Shown: positions 9,053-16,475 of the stretch, in pieces
How positions within the stretch are numbered: position 1 is the first letter of the stretch
How the letters are laid out: each line of letters opens with the position of its first letter
Origin: Actinomycetota bacterium
GTDB taxonomy: Bacteria; Actinomycetota; Acidimicrobiia; Acidimicrobiales; Ilumatobacteraceae
Reading direction: 5' to 3'
Length of the DNA: 48,847 nucleotides
Assembly: GCA_009924875.1 (NCBI GenBank)
Contig: RFQQ01000001.1
Location: 1 to 48,847, forward strand
Notes under the pieces: generated by a model
Database searches by the model: none
Told to the model about the DNA's origin: nothing
The model's input: only the letters and a program-made list of their open reading frames with translations
Program-made: the position numbers and the translations under genes

Positions 9053-9723
9053 GGCCGACGGGCGACGAGAAGCATCTGGCCGGCGAGCGGCCGCCAGGGG
9101 AGGCGCAGGTAGAGCGGCACGAGCCGATGACCAAAGGAGAGGCGACTCTTCATGCTGAGTGGGAGAAAACGGCGCTCGATGTGGACCATCTCGAATCCTG
9201 CCGCTCCGAGCCGATCCGCGAGGGAGACATCGGTATGGATCGTTCGGTGGGTGTAATCGTCGAAGTAGGCGCGTGGCGCGAGAGCGAAGTTCGGCTGCAC
9301 GAGGATGAGGTGTCCTCCTGGCCGAAGCACGCGGAACACCTCGGCGAGGCACCGGTCGATGTCCGGGTGCTCCAGGTGCTCAAGGAAATTGCTCGCCGTC
9401 ACGTTGTTGAACTCGGCGTCGGCGAATCGGGTGAGGTCGGTTGCGTCGCCGACGACCGCCTCGACTCCCTCGGGGACCAGATCGGCGAGGTCCGGATGGA
9501 GATCCATCGCGACGCGTCGTCGAGCCTCGAGGGCGCCGGTGAGCTCCCCCCGCCCCGCGGCGAGATCGAGGATCGATCCATCGGCGTGGATCCACGGGCG
9601 GAGGTAGCGGGCGACGTGCGTCCAGACCGCGGCACGGCGGGGATCCTCCGTTAGCCGGGTGGAGAAGTACCTCTCCTCATCCACGCTCGGACAGTACCGC
9701 CGGTGGCCGACCGATCGAGTCAC
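9049..9723 (-). CDS. Class I SAM-dependent methyltransferase
   Basis: 224 aa. SAM-binding motif I ILDLAAGRGE, FNNVTASNFLEHL, VLRPGGHLILV. Starts at a GTG. Confidence 0.8.
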   Translation of the reverse strand: MTRSVGHRRYCPSVDEERYFSTRLTEDPRRAAVWTHVARYLRPWIHADGSILDLAAGRGELTGALEARRRVAMDLHPDLADLVPEGVEAVVGDATDLTRFADAEFNNVTASNFLEHLEHPDIDRCLAEVFRVLRPGGHLILVQPNFALAPRAYFDDYTHRTIHTDVSLADRLGAAGFEMVHIERRFLPLSMKSRLSFGHRLVPLYLRLPWRPLAGQMLLVARRP

Positions 9724-9768
9724 CCCTCGCGGAGGCTGGGTTCTCGGACGCTGTCGTTCCGGTCCGAT

Positions 9769-10731
9769 TCAGGGCGCGAACACGATGGGGGTCCACCGGA
9801 GGATCTCACCGGCTCCGCCGTCGACGGTCGATCCGGTGATCGATAGGCGGAGGAGGCGGCCTCCCGAGACGTCGAGGGTCTCGACGAGTTGGTGCGAGAA
9901 CTCGACGAGATCGTCCTCGAATGCCGGTCCGACGTGATCGCATCCGTCCCAGGCGACGATCTGCGCGGTTCCGGGGAGGATGCGGGTGAGCGAGGCCTGC
10001 GCGAGGGCTTGGATATGGCCCCCGTAGACGAGACGACGCCCGGCCGCTGGCAGCGTCCGATCGCGGTGCACCGCCGCCTGATTGAAGGTGAGTCGGGCGA
10101 AGGGAGCGGCGAGGTCGACATGATCGCGAAGCGGGTCGATGCGTGTCTCGCCGGACGCCCATTCGGTCCGCTCAAGTGCACTGAGGTTCCAAGCCGGAAT
10201 GAGGGAGGCCAACTCGGCGAGGGGCGTCGGCTCCGACGGTCCGGGAATCTCATCGGTCTCCTCGGGTCCCGTTCCGCGGGCCGGAACCAGGGCGCAGCGC
10301 TCGTAGCGCATGCACTCACCATGGTCACCCTCGGTGGTGATCCCGAGCCACACCTTGCCTCGGTGCTGGCCGTCCTTCGGTGACGACGAGCGCTTGCCGA
10401 GGACCGTGGTGGTCGTCCGCAGCGTCTCCCCGGACGCAACCGGCCGGAGGATCCTGACCGATCGGTAGTAGAGGTTCGCGATCGCCCGTCGCGTCGCATT
10501 GGTGGTCTGGCCGATGGAGACGTGCGCGACCAACCCCGGATTGGCGAGGGTGCCCTCGCCTCCGACGGCTCGGAGGAGTCCGCGGTCGGCGGTGAGCGCG
10601 TGTTGGTCGCCCGTCACGGCTCGATACGCGGTGTTGTCCGCCTCGGTCAGGGTCAGCGTGGGCAGTGGCCGAACCTGGTCACCGACGGTGAAGTCCTCGA
10701 AGAAGGGGCCGAGTTCGTGGGGCAAGACCAT
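9769..10731 (-). CDS. MaoC-family double hot-dog hydratase (mesaconyl-/itaconyl-CoA hydratase-like)
   Basis: 320 aa. GPFFEDFTVGD near the N-terminus, IANLYY, and RRLVYGGHI in the second half. This pattern resembles 2-methylfumaryl-CoA hydratase-type enzymes as I recall them. Substrate is not assignable. Confidence 0.65.
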   Translation of the reverse strand: MVLPHELGPFFEDFTVGDQVRPLPTLTLTEADNTAYRAVTGDQHALTADRGLLRAVGGEGTLANPGLVAHVSIGQTTNATRRAIANLYYRSVRILRPVASGETLRTTTTVLGKRSSSPKDGQHRGKVWLGITTEGDHGECMRYERCALVPARGTGPEETDEIPGPSEPTPLAELASLIPAWNLSALERTEWASGETRIDPLRDHVDLAAPFARLTFNQAAVHRDRTLPAAGRRLVYGGHIQALAQASLTRILPGTAQIVAWDGCDHVGPAFEDDLVEFSHQLVETLDVSGGRLLRLSITGSTVDGGAGEILRWTPIVFAP

Positions 10732-10776
10732 GGTGCGACCCTAGTGATCGGGGATCGTGGCCCGGCGAGGCCGAGA

Positions 10777-11244
10777 TCAGCTCAGGCCGTCGAGCACCCG
10801 GGCCAACTCGATCGCCCCGAGCGCGGCTTCGTACCCCTTGTTGTCGTCGCCCGGTCCTGAGCGAGCCTGCGCCTGGGCGACGTTCTCGACGGTGAGGATT
10901 CCATTGGTGACCGCGGTCCGGTTCCGAAGTCCGGCGTCGAGCACCCCTCGAGAGCTCACATCGGACACCACCTCGAAGTGGTAGGTCTCGCCCCTGATCA
11001 CGCACCCGAGGGCGATGACGGCGTCGTGCGATGCCGAGGCGACGTCGCAGGCGACGGGGATCTCGAGGGCTCCGGGGACGGTGACCTCGGTGATGTCGCT
11101 GACACCGCATCGCTTGAGGCCGCGACGCGCTCCCTCGACGAGCGCGGAAACGATCTCGTCATTGAAACGGGCGCGTACGAGGCAGACGCGGAGGCCCGCT
11201 CCCTCAGGAATCGGCGTGGGCTTCGAGGTGAGATCCCGGCTCAT
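10777..11244 (-). CDS. ribH: 6,7-dimethyl-8-ribityllumazine synthase
   Basis: 155 aa. RFNDEIV, VPGALEIP, GCVIRGETYHFEVV, NGILTVEN. Confidence 0.92.
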   Translation of the reverse strand: MSRDLTSKPTPIPEGAGLRVCLVRARFNDEIVSALVEGARRGLKRCGVSDITEVTVPGALEIPVACDVASASHDAVIALGCVIRGETYHFEVVSDVSSRGVLDAGLRNRTAVTNGILTVENVAQAQARSGPGDDNKGYEAALGAIELARVLDGLS

Positions 11245-12503
11245 CTGGCGTCCTCCTCGGGGGAGGAGTGACCCATTCGCTCCCGCTTGGTGCTGAGATA
11301 GCGCTCCGCCTCAGGGTGAACGGGCACATGGATCGGAACCCGCCCCTCGATAGTGAGCCCGAAGCCGTCAAGACCCCCGTACTTCGAGGGGTTGTTCGTC
11401 ATCAACTCGAGGCGTCGAACGCCGAGTTCGACGAGAATCTGCGCTCCGATTCCATACTCTCGGCTGTCGATTGGTAGGCCGAGTTCGACGTTGGCGTCGA
11501 CCGTGTCGAGCCCGCCGTCCTGGAGTTCATAGGCGCGGAGTTTGTGACTGATCCCGATCCCGCGTCCTTCGTGGCCACGCAGATAGACGACCACGCCGAC
11601 CCCGGCCTCGCCGACGCGCCGCATGGCCTCGTGCAACTGCGGCCCGCAGTCGCACTTGACGCTCCCGAAGACGTCGCCGGTGAGACATTCACTGTGCACT
11701 CGGACGAGCACCGGCTCGTCGTGGGACGCCGGGTCACCCTTCACGAACGCCAGATGGGTCTCGTTGTCGATCACGCTCTGAAATGCGTGGCAGGTGAACT
11801 CGCCCCACTCGGTTGGTACGCGCGCTTTGGCCGTGGAGACGATGAGCTTCTCACTCCGCCGGCGGAAGCGGATGAGTTCAGCGATGGAGATGAACTTCAA
11901 CCCGTGCTCGTCGGCGAAACGCCGCAGTTCGGGACCGCGCATCATCGATCCGTCGTCGGAGACCAACTCGCAGAGCACGCCGGCGGGGGAGCGGCCTGCG
12001 AGACGGGCGAGGTCCACGGCTGCCTCGGTATGACCGGCCCGCTTTAGGACCCCACCCGATCGCGCCTGGAGCGGGAAGATGTGACCCGGTCGGTTGAACT
12101 CCTCGGGTCCGACGGCGTCGTCGGCGAGCGCGCGGATTGTCCGAGCTCGGTCTCCAGCGGAGATGCCGGTCGTGGTGCCCTCGCGGAGGTCGACCGACAC
12201 GGTGAAGGCGGTGCCCTGTGACTCGTTGTTGGCGACTGGGGGCACCATGAGCGGAAGGCGCAGGTCAACGCACCGGTCCTGGGAGAGGGCCGCGCAGATG
12301 ACGCCGGAGGTGTGTCGGACGAAGAACGCGATAGTGCGATCGTCGGCGGCGTCGGCCGCCATGATGAGGTCGCCCTCGTTCTCGCGGTCCTCGTCGTCGG
12401 CGACGACGACGATCTCCCCTCGGGCGATGGCGGCGATCGCCTCGTCGACCGGGTCGAGACGGACCGCAGTTGATCCGGACTCTCGTGATTCCTGCTGGCT
12501 CAT
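11241..12503 (-). CDS. ribBA: Bifunctional 3,4-dihydroxy-2-butanone-4-phosphate synthase / GTP cyclohydrolase II
   Basis: 420 aa. DDEDRENEGDLI (DHBP synthase) and VRVHSECLTGDVFGS..CDCG (GCH II zinc site). 4-nt overlaps with both neighbours. Confidence 0.93.
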   Translation of the reverse strand: MSQQESRESGSTAVRLDPVDEAIAAIARGEIVVVADDEDRENEGDLIMAADAADDRTIAFFVRHTSGVICAALSQDRCVDLRLPLMVPPVANNESQGTAFTVSVDLREGTTTGISAGDRARTIRALADDAVGPEEFNRPGHIFPLQARSGGVLKRAGHTEAAVDLARLAGRSPAGVLCELVSDDGSMMRGPELRRFADEHGLKFISIAELIRFRRRSEKLIVSTAKARVPTEWGEFTCHAFQSVIDNETHLAFVKGDPASHDEPVLVRVHSECLTGDVFGSVKCDCGPQLHEAMRRVGEAGVGVVVYLRGHEGRGIGISHKLRAYELQDGGLDTVDANVELGLPIDSREYGIGAQILVELGVRRLELMTNNPSKYGGLDGFGLTIEGRVPIHVPVHPEAERYLSTKRERMGHSSPEEDAR

Positions 12504-13090
12504 GTCCGTTCCTCTCGGAGGTGGTCGATGTGCGGGAGGGCCATTCTCTCGACGTACTTGGCGACGATGTCGACCTCGATGTTGACCGGTGCGCCCTCGT
12601 CGAGCCCACCGAGGTTGGTCACCTCGGATGTGTGCGGGATGACCGCTACGGAGAAGGTGTCGCCAATGACATCGACGACGGTGAGGCTCACCCCGTCAAC
12701 CGTGACCGAGCCCTTCTCAACGAGGTAGCGCTCCAAGCCGTTCGGCACAGCGACGCGGAGGTCGGGCACTCGGTGCCGGATGGTGCCCACGCCGTCGACG
12801 TGCCCCTGGACGATGTGGCCTCCCATGCGCTGATCGGCACGGACGGCGCGCTCAAGATTGACCATGGATCCGGGCGCGAGGGCCGAGAGCGCCGTTCGCC
12901 GAAGCGTCTCCTCCGAGAGGTCCGCCTCCCAGGAGCCCTCGTCATGGGCGACGACGGTGAGACAGCAGCCGTTCACCGCGATCGAGTCGCCGAGCGTCAC
13001 GCCCTCCAAGACGCGCGCTGCCTCGACTCGGAGGCGACCTCGGTCAAGTGCGACGACGCGTCCTAACTCTTCGACGATTCCGGTGAACAT
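12500..13090 (-). CDS. ribE: Riboflavin synthase alpha chain
   Basis: 196 aa. MFTGIVEE start, VNGCCLTV, and the duplicated barrel motif SVTVDGVSLTVV. Confidence 0.92.
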   Translation of the reverse strand: MFTGIVEELGRVVALDRGRLRVEAARVLEGVTLGDSIAVNGCCLTVVAHDEGSWEADLSEETLRRTALSALAPGSMVNLERAVRADQRMGGHIVQGHVDGVGTIRHRVPDLRVAVPNGLERYLVEKGSVTVDGVSLTVVDVIGDTFSVAVIPHTSEVTNLGGLDEGAPVNIEVDIVAKYVERMALPHIDHLREERT

Positions 13091-14136
13091 CAGTGCTCCT
13101 CTCCGTTCGGTCCGGTTCGCGGATCGAACTCCACACGTAGGTCCTCACCGACCCGCCGAACATCGACGAACCGACCGTGTCGCAACCCAGCGATCGTCGT
13201 CGCTCCCGAGCCACCGATCAGCGGGCGACCACTCGTTCCCCCGTGGAGACTCGGCGCGATGTAGACGATGAGTCGGTCCACGAGGTCGCGGTCGAGCAGG
13301 CCAGCGATCGTCTCCGCGCCGCCCTCGACCAGCAGTTGGAGGTGACCTTGCTCACCGAGGTGGTCGAGGAGGGATTCGGGGGAGTCGGACCACTCCAGGC
13401 ACGGCCGTACACGGGCCTCGGCGGGCGCCGCCCCGAGGACAACACGAAGCGGGTCGGGGCCTTCGACGGACCGGACGGTGAGCTGCGGATCGTCGGTGCG
13501 GACCGTGCCGGCGCCGACAAGCACCGCGTCGCTCTCCGCGCGCATGAGGTGCACCTCGCGTCGGGCCTCCTCCCCCGTGATCCAGTTCGAGGTGCCGTCG
13601 GGAGCCGCGGTGCGACCGTCGAGGGTGGCGGCCATCTTCGCCAACACCAGTGGTCGACCGGTGCGCCGCTGGTGGAGGTAGGGGGCGAGTTGATCGCTGA
13701 CCATGTCGGAGGCGACATCGGTGGTCACCTCGATCCCAGCCTCGCGGAGCTGGCGTATGCCCTCCCCGGAAACTCGCGGGTCGGGGTCCTCGACACCGAT
13801 GAGCACTCGGGCGATTCCCGCGGCGATGACCGCCCCCGTGCACGGCGGCGTTCGGCCGTGGTGCGAGCAGGGCTCGAGGGTGACCGCGAGGGTGCCGCCT
13901 CGAGCGCGCTCACCGGCTGCTTCAAGGGCGACGACCTCCGCGTGACGTCCACCGGCGGGCTCGGTCGCCCCCTCGGCGACCACGGTTCCGGCCGCGTCGA
14001 AAACCACAGCCCCAACCCACGGGTTGGGCCGAGCGGTCAACCTCGCCGCCCGGGCGACACCAACAGCGCGCGCCATCGCGTCGACCGCATGCACCCCTCC
14101 AAGGTGGGGGTCGGTTCGAGGTGTGGTGTCGGTCAT
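13090..14136 (-). CDS. ribD: Bifunctional riboflavin-biosynthesis deaminase/reductase
   Basis: HAEVVAL, TLEPCSHHGRTPPC (CMP/dCMP deaminase zinc motif), and a C-terminal RibD reductase domain. The track ORF (to 14250) runs into the FMN aptamer, so I start at ATG 14136. GTG 14154 or ATG 14190 are alternatives. Confidence 0.88.
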   Translation of the reverse strand: MTDTTPRTDPHLGGVHAVDAMARAVGVARAARLTARPNPWVGAVVFDAAGTVVAEGATEPAGGRHAEVVALEAAGERARGGTLAVTLEPCSHHGRTPPCTGAVIAAGIARVLIGVEDPDPRVSGEGIRQLREAGIEVTTDVASDMVSDQLAPYLHQRRTGRPLVLAKMAATLDGRTAAPDGTSNWITGEEARREVHLMRAESDAVLVGAGTVRTDDPQLTVRSVEGPDPLRVVLGAAPAEARVRPCLEWSDSPESLLDHLGEQGHLQLLVEGGAETIAGLLDRDLVDRLIVYIAPSLHGGTSGRPLIGGSGATTIAGLRHGRFVDVRRVGEDLRVEFDPRTGPNGEEH

Positions 14137-14189
14137 GGTCGCGAATGCGCCCACGGGGATACGCCGACGAGGACGGGGAACCCGCCCCA

Positions 14190-14315
14190 TTCGACCTGCT
14201 CCCATCCGGACTGTGACCGTCGGCTCCGGAGTTCCACCGGATCGGCCCATCGATCACTCGATGGGTTCGCGGGCTATACCGCCGGTCGGGAATTTCACCC
14301 AACCCCGCAGGCTTT
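14190..14315 (-). promoter_or_regulatory. FMN riboswitch (RFN element) upstream of ribD
   Basis: The minus-strand reading contains the conserved RFN blocks: CCUGCGGGGUUGGGUGAAAUUCCCGACCGGCGGUAUAGCCCGCGA ... GAUCCGGUGGAACUCCGGAGCCGACGGUCACAGUCCGGAUGGGAGCAGG. P1 is CCUGC (14311-14307) paired with GCAGG (14199-14195). Confidence 0.9.
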
Positions 14316-14366
14316 GTGTTGTCCCTCGGAGCGTACCGGTGCACCACCGATCCGGCTCAGCCGGGA

Positions 14367-14879
14367 TCAGGCGCGCGGTACCTCGTTCAAGAGCCCGGTC
14401 TCCACGTCGTAGACGAAGCCACGTACCTGGTCACGGTGGAGGATGAACGGATTCATCTCGAGTCGGCGCATCGACTGGGCGACATCGGCGTGCGGGTCGC
14501 TAAACGACTCGAGGAGCCAGCCGGGTCGAACGCCGAGTTCTCGCTCGAGCGCCTCCTTGAACTCGTCCTCGCCGACGCGTTGGAGTCCGCAATCCGTGTG
14601 GTGCACGAGGATGATCTCGCGCGTGCCAAGGAAGCGTTGGGACAGACAGAGCGACCGAATCACATCGTCGGTGATGACTCCGCCAGCATTCCTAATGATG
14701 TGCGCCTCACCGTGCCGAAGGCCAAGGATCTCGAAGGTGTCCATCCGAGAGTCCATGCACGCGACGACCGCGAGGCGACGGGTCGGCTCCACGCGCAGGC
14801 CGGCGGCGTCGAATCGCTCGGCGTGGCGTCGGTTGTTGTCGAGGAGTTCGTCGGCGTTGGGGGAGAAGTCTTCGCTCAT
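14367..14879 (-). CDS. Beta-class carbonic anhydrase
   Basis: 170 aa from ATG 14879 (MSEDFSPNADELL). Zinc ligand motifs VACMDSR (CxDxR) and HHTDCG (HxxC). The longer track ORF (to 15284) is an antisense extension over pyrR. Confidence 0.88.
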   Translation of the reverse strand: MSEDFSPNADELLDNNRRHAERFDAAGLRVEPTRRLAVVACMDSRMDTFEILGLRHGEAHIIRNAGGVITDDVIRSLCLSQRFLGTREIILVHHTDCGLQRVGEDEFKEALERELGVRPGWLLESFSDPHADVAQSMRRLEMNPFILHRDQVRGFVYDVETGLLNEVPRA

Positions 14880-14920
14880 GGCGACAGTCTCGCACCTGCC
14901 TGTCCTCCTGCTACGTTGTG

Positions 14921-14962
14921 GCCGTCCGTGAAGCGGGTCCCGTGAGGCCCGAACGGCGAGGA
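14921..14962 (+). promoter_or_regulatory. Candidate PyrR-binding RNA loop overlapping the pyrR ribosome-binding site
   Basis: Apical hairpin CGGG (14934-37), loop UCCCGUGAGG, CCCG (14948-51). The loop matches the PyrR consensus UCCAGAGAGG at 8 of 10 positions. A lower stem pairs GCCGU (14921-25) with ACGGC (14953-57). The SD GAGGAG (14958-63) follows directly, and UCCUC at 14903-07 is complementary to it. Confidence 0.55.
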
Positions 14963-14967
14963 GTGAG

Positions 14968-15537
14968 ATGACTGAGGGGAAGCGGGTCCTCGGGCCCGAT
15001 GACGTGCGGCGCGCGACGACGCGCATGGCGCACGAGATCATCGAGAGAAATCGAGGTCTCGATGGCGTCGTTCTCGTTGGACTCCAGCGTGGTGGGGTCT
15101 GGCTTGCTGAGAGTCTCGGCGATGAGATCGCCCGCATCGGCCATCCGGTCCCAGTCGGGTCGCTTGACATCAGCCTGTACCGCGACGACATCGGGCGGCG
15201 ACCGGTGGTCCCCGGGTCGGTGAGTTCCCTGCCATCTGAGGTCGACGGCGCGCGTGTCGTGCTCGTCGACGACGTGCTGTACACGGGCCGCTCGGTGAAG
15301 GCGGCGCTCGATGCCCTGAACGACTACGGCCGGCCCGACTGCGTCCAGCTCGCCGTCATGGTCGATCGCGGTCATCGCGAACTGCCGATTCGCCCCGACT
15401 TCGTGGGCAAGAATCTGCCCACCAGCCTCGGCGAGTCGGTCGAGGTCACCCTCGACGGCGTGACCATCATCGATGCGAGCGGCATCGATGCGCCGTCGGG
15501 CGACTCGGTCCACTCCGATAGCGGGGAGAAGCGGTGA
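14968..15537 (+). CDS. pyrR: Bifunctional pyrimidine operon regulator / uracil phosphoribosyltransferase
   Basis: 189 aa. PRPP-binding motif [20 protein letters not shown], and N-terminal [10 protein letters not shown]. Confidence 0.93.
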   Translation: MTEGKRVLGPDDVRRATTRMAHEIIERNRGLDGVVLVGLQRGGVWLAESLGDEIARIGHPVPVGSLDISLYRDDIGRRPVVPGSVSSLPSEVDGARVVLVDDVLYTGRSVKAALDALNDYGRPDCVQLAVMVDRGHRELPIRPDFVGKNLPTSLGESVEVTLDGVTIIDASGIDAPSGDSVHSDSGEKR

Positions 15538-16475
15538 TGGTGGCCCGTCATCTCCGCGGCATGGACGACGTCGAGGCCGATGATCTACTTCGGCTACTCG
15601 ACCTGACCGATCACATGGCCGAGGTTGGGCGTCGCGCCAACCCGAAGGTGCCGGCCCTGCGCGGCCGAACGGTGTGCAACCTCTTCTTCGAGGACTCCAC
15701 CAGAACGCGCATGAGCTTCGACACCGCCGCCAAGCGTCTCAGCGCCGACACGATGACCCTCGCCGTCGGATCCTCCAGCGTCAACAAAGGGGAGAGCCTC
15801 CGCGACACGGTCGAGACCCTCGATGCGATGGGAGTCGACGCGTTCGTGATCAGGCATCGCTCCTCCGGGGTGCCCTGGAGGATCTCCGAATGGACCCAAG
15901 CCAGCATCATCAACGCCGGGGACGGGTGGCACCAGCATCCGACCCAGGCGCTCCTCGACCTCTACACGATCAGGACCGAACGCGCGGCGCGGGGTGCTCT
16001 CGGGTTCACGGATCTGCGGGTCGGCATCGTTGGCGACATCCGGCACAGCCGAGTCGCCCGCTCGTTGACCGAGGCCCTCGGCCTGCTCGGCGCCTCCGTG
16101 TTGCACGTCGGCCCTCGAACATTGATGCCGCCAACGCCACTGGCTCCCTCCAGCGATGATCTCGACGCAGCGCTCGGCGAGCTCGACGTGGTGTACCTAC
16201 TGCGTATGCAGCTCGAGCGGATCGATGCCGCCGTGGTCCCATCCGGAGAGGAGTACAGCCGTCGGTTCGCGCTCACCCCGGAGCGGGCCAAGCGACTCGG
16301 CGATGATGTCTTAGTGATGCATCCGGGGCCAATGAACAGGGGAGTCGAGATCACGGTCGACCCGGCGCGACTCCCGGGTGCGGTCATCACCCAGCAAGTG
16401 ACCAACGGCATTGCCGCGCGGATGGCCGTGCTCTTCGACTTGCTCGGCGGCGTCGACACCGAGGTTGGCTCGTGA
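15534..16475 (+). CDS. pyrB: Aspartate carbamoyltransferase catalytic subunit
   Basis: 313 aa. [31 protein letters not shown] overlap with pyrR. Confidence 0.93.
   Translation: MMVARHLRGMDDVEADDLLRLLDLTDHMAEVGRRANPKVPALRGRTVCNLFFEDSTRTRMSFDTAAKRLSADTMTLAVGSSSVNKGESLRDTVETLDAMGVDAFVIRHRSSGVPWRISEWTQASIINAGDGWHQHPTQALLDLYTIRTERAARGALGFTDLRVGIVGDIRHSRVARSLTEALGLLGASVLHVGPRTLMPPTPLAPSSDDLDAALGELDVVYLLRMQLERIDAAVVPSGEEYSRRFALTPERAKRLGDDVLVMHPGPMNRGVEITVDPARLPGAVITQQVTNGIAARMAVLFDLLGGVDTEVGS

Noticed and set aside
9053-9352. N-terminal 100 codons of the 575-aa ORF for the second membrane protein
   Set aside because: It overlaps the methyltransferase gene on the same strand in another frame and is Arg/Pro-rich. 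A GTG at 9052 forms a GTGA junction with the methyltransferase stop.
14349-14368. Hairpin GATCCGGC-TCA-GCCGGGATC overlapping the carbonic anhydrase stop codon, as a terminator separating CA from the rib riboswitch
   Set aside because: It is an imperfect stem with a bulged G and a 3-nt loop, it lacks a U-tract, and it lies partly inside the CDS. That is too weak to annotate, though it may still contribute to 3'-end formation.
14880-15284. Upstream extension of the carbonic anhydrase ORF (305-aa version)
   Set aside because: It runs antisense through the pyrR leader and coding region and is Ser/Thr/Arg/Pro-rich. The CA family sequence starts at MSEDF (ATG 14879).
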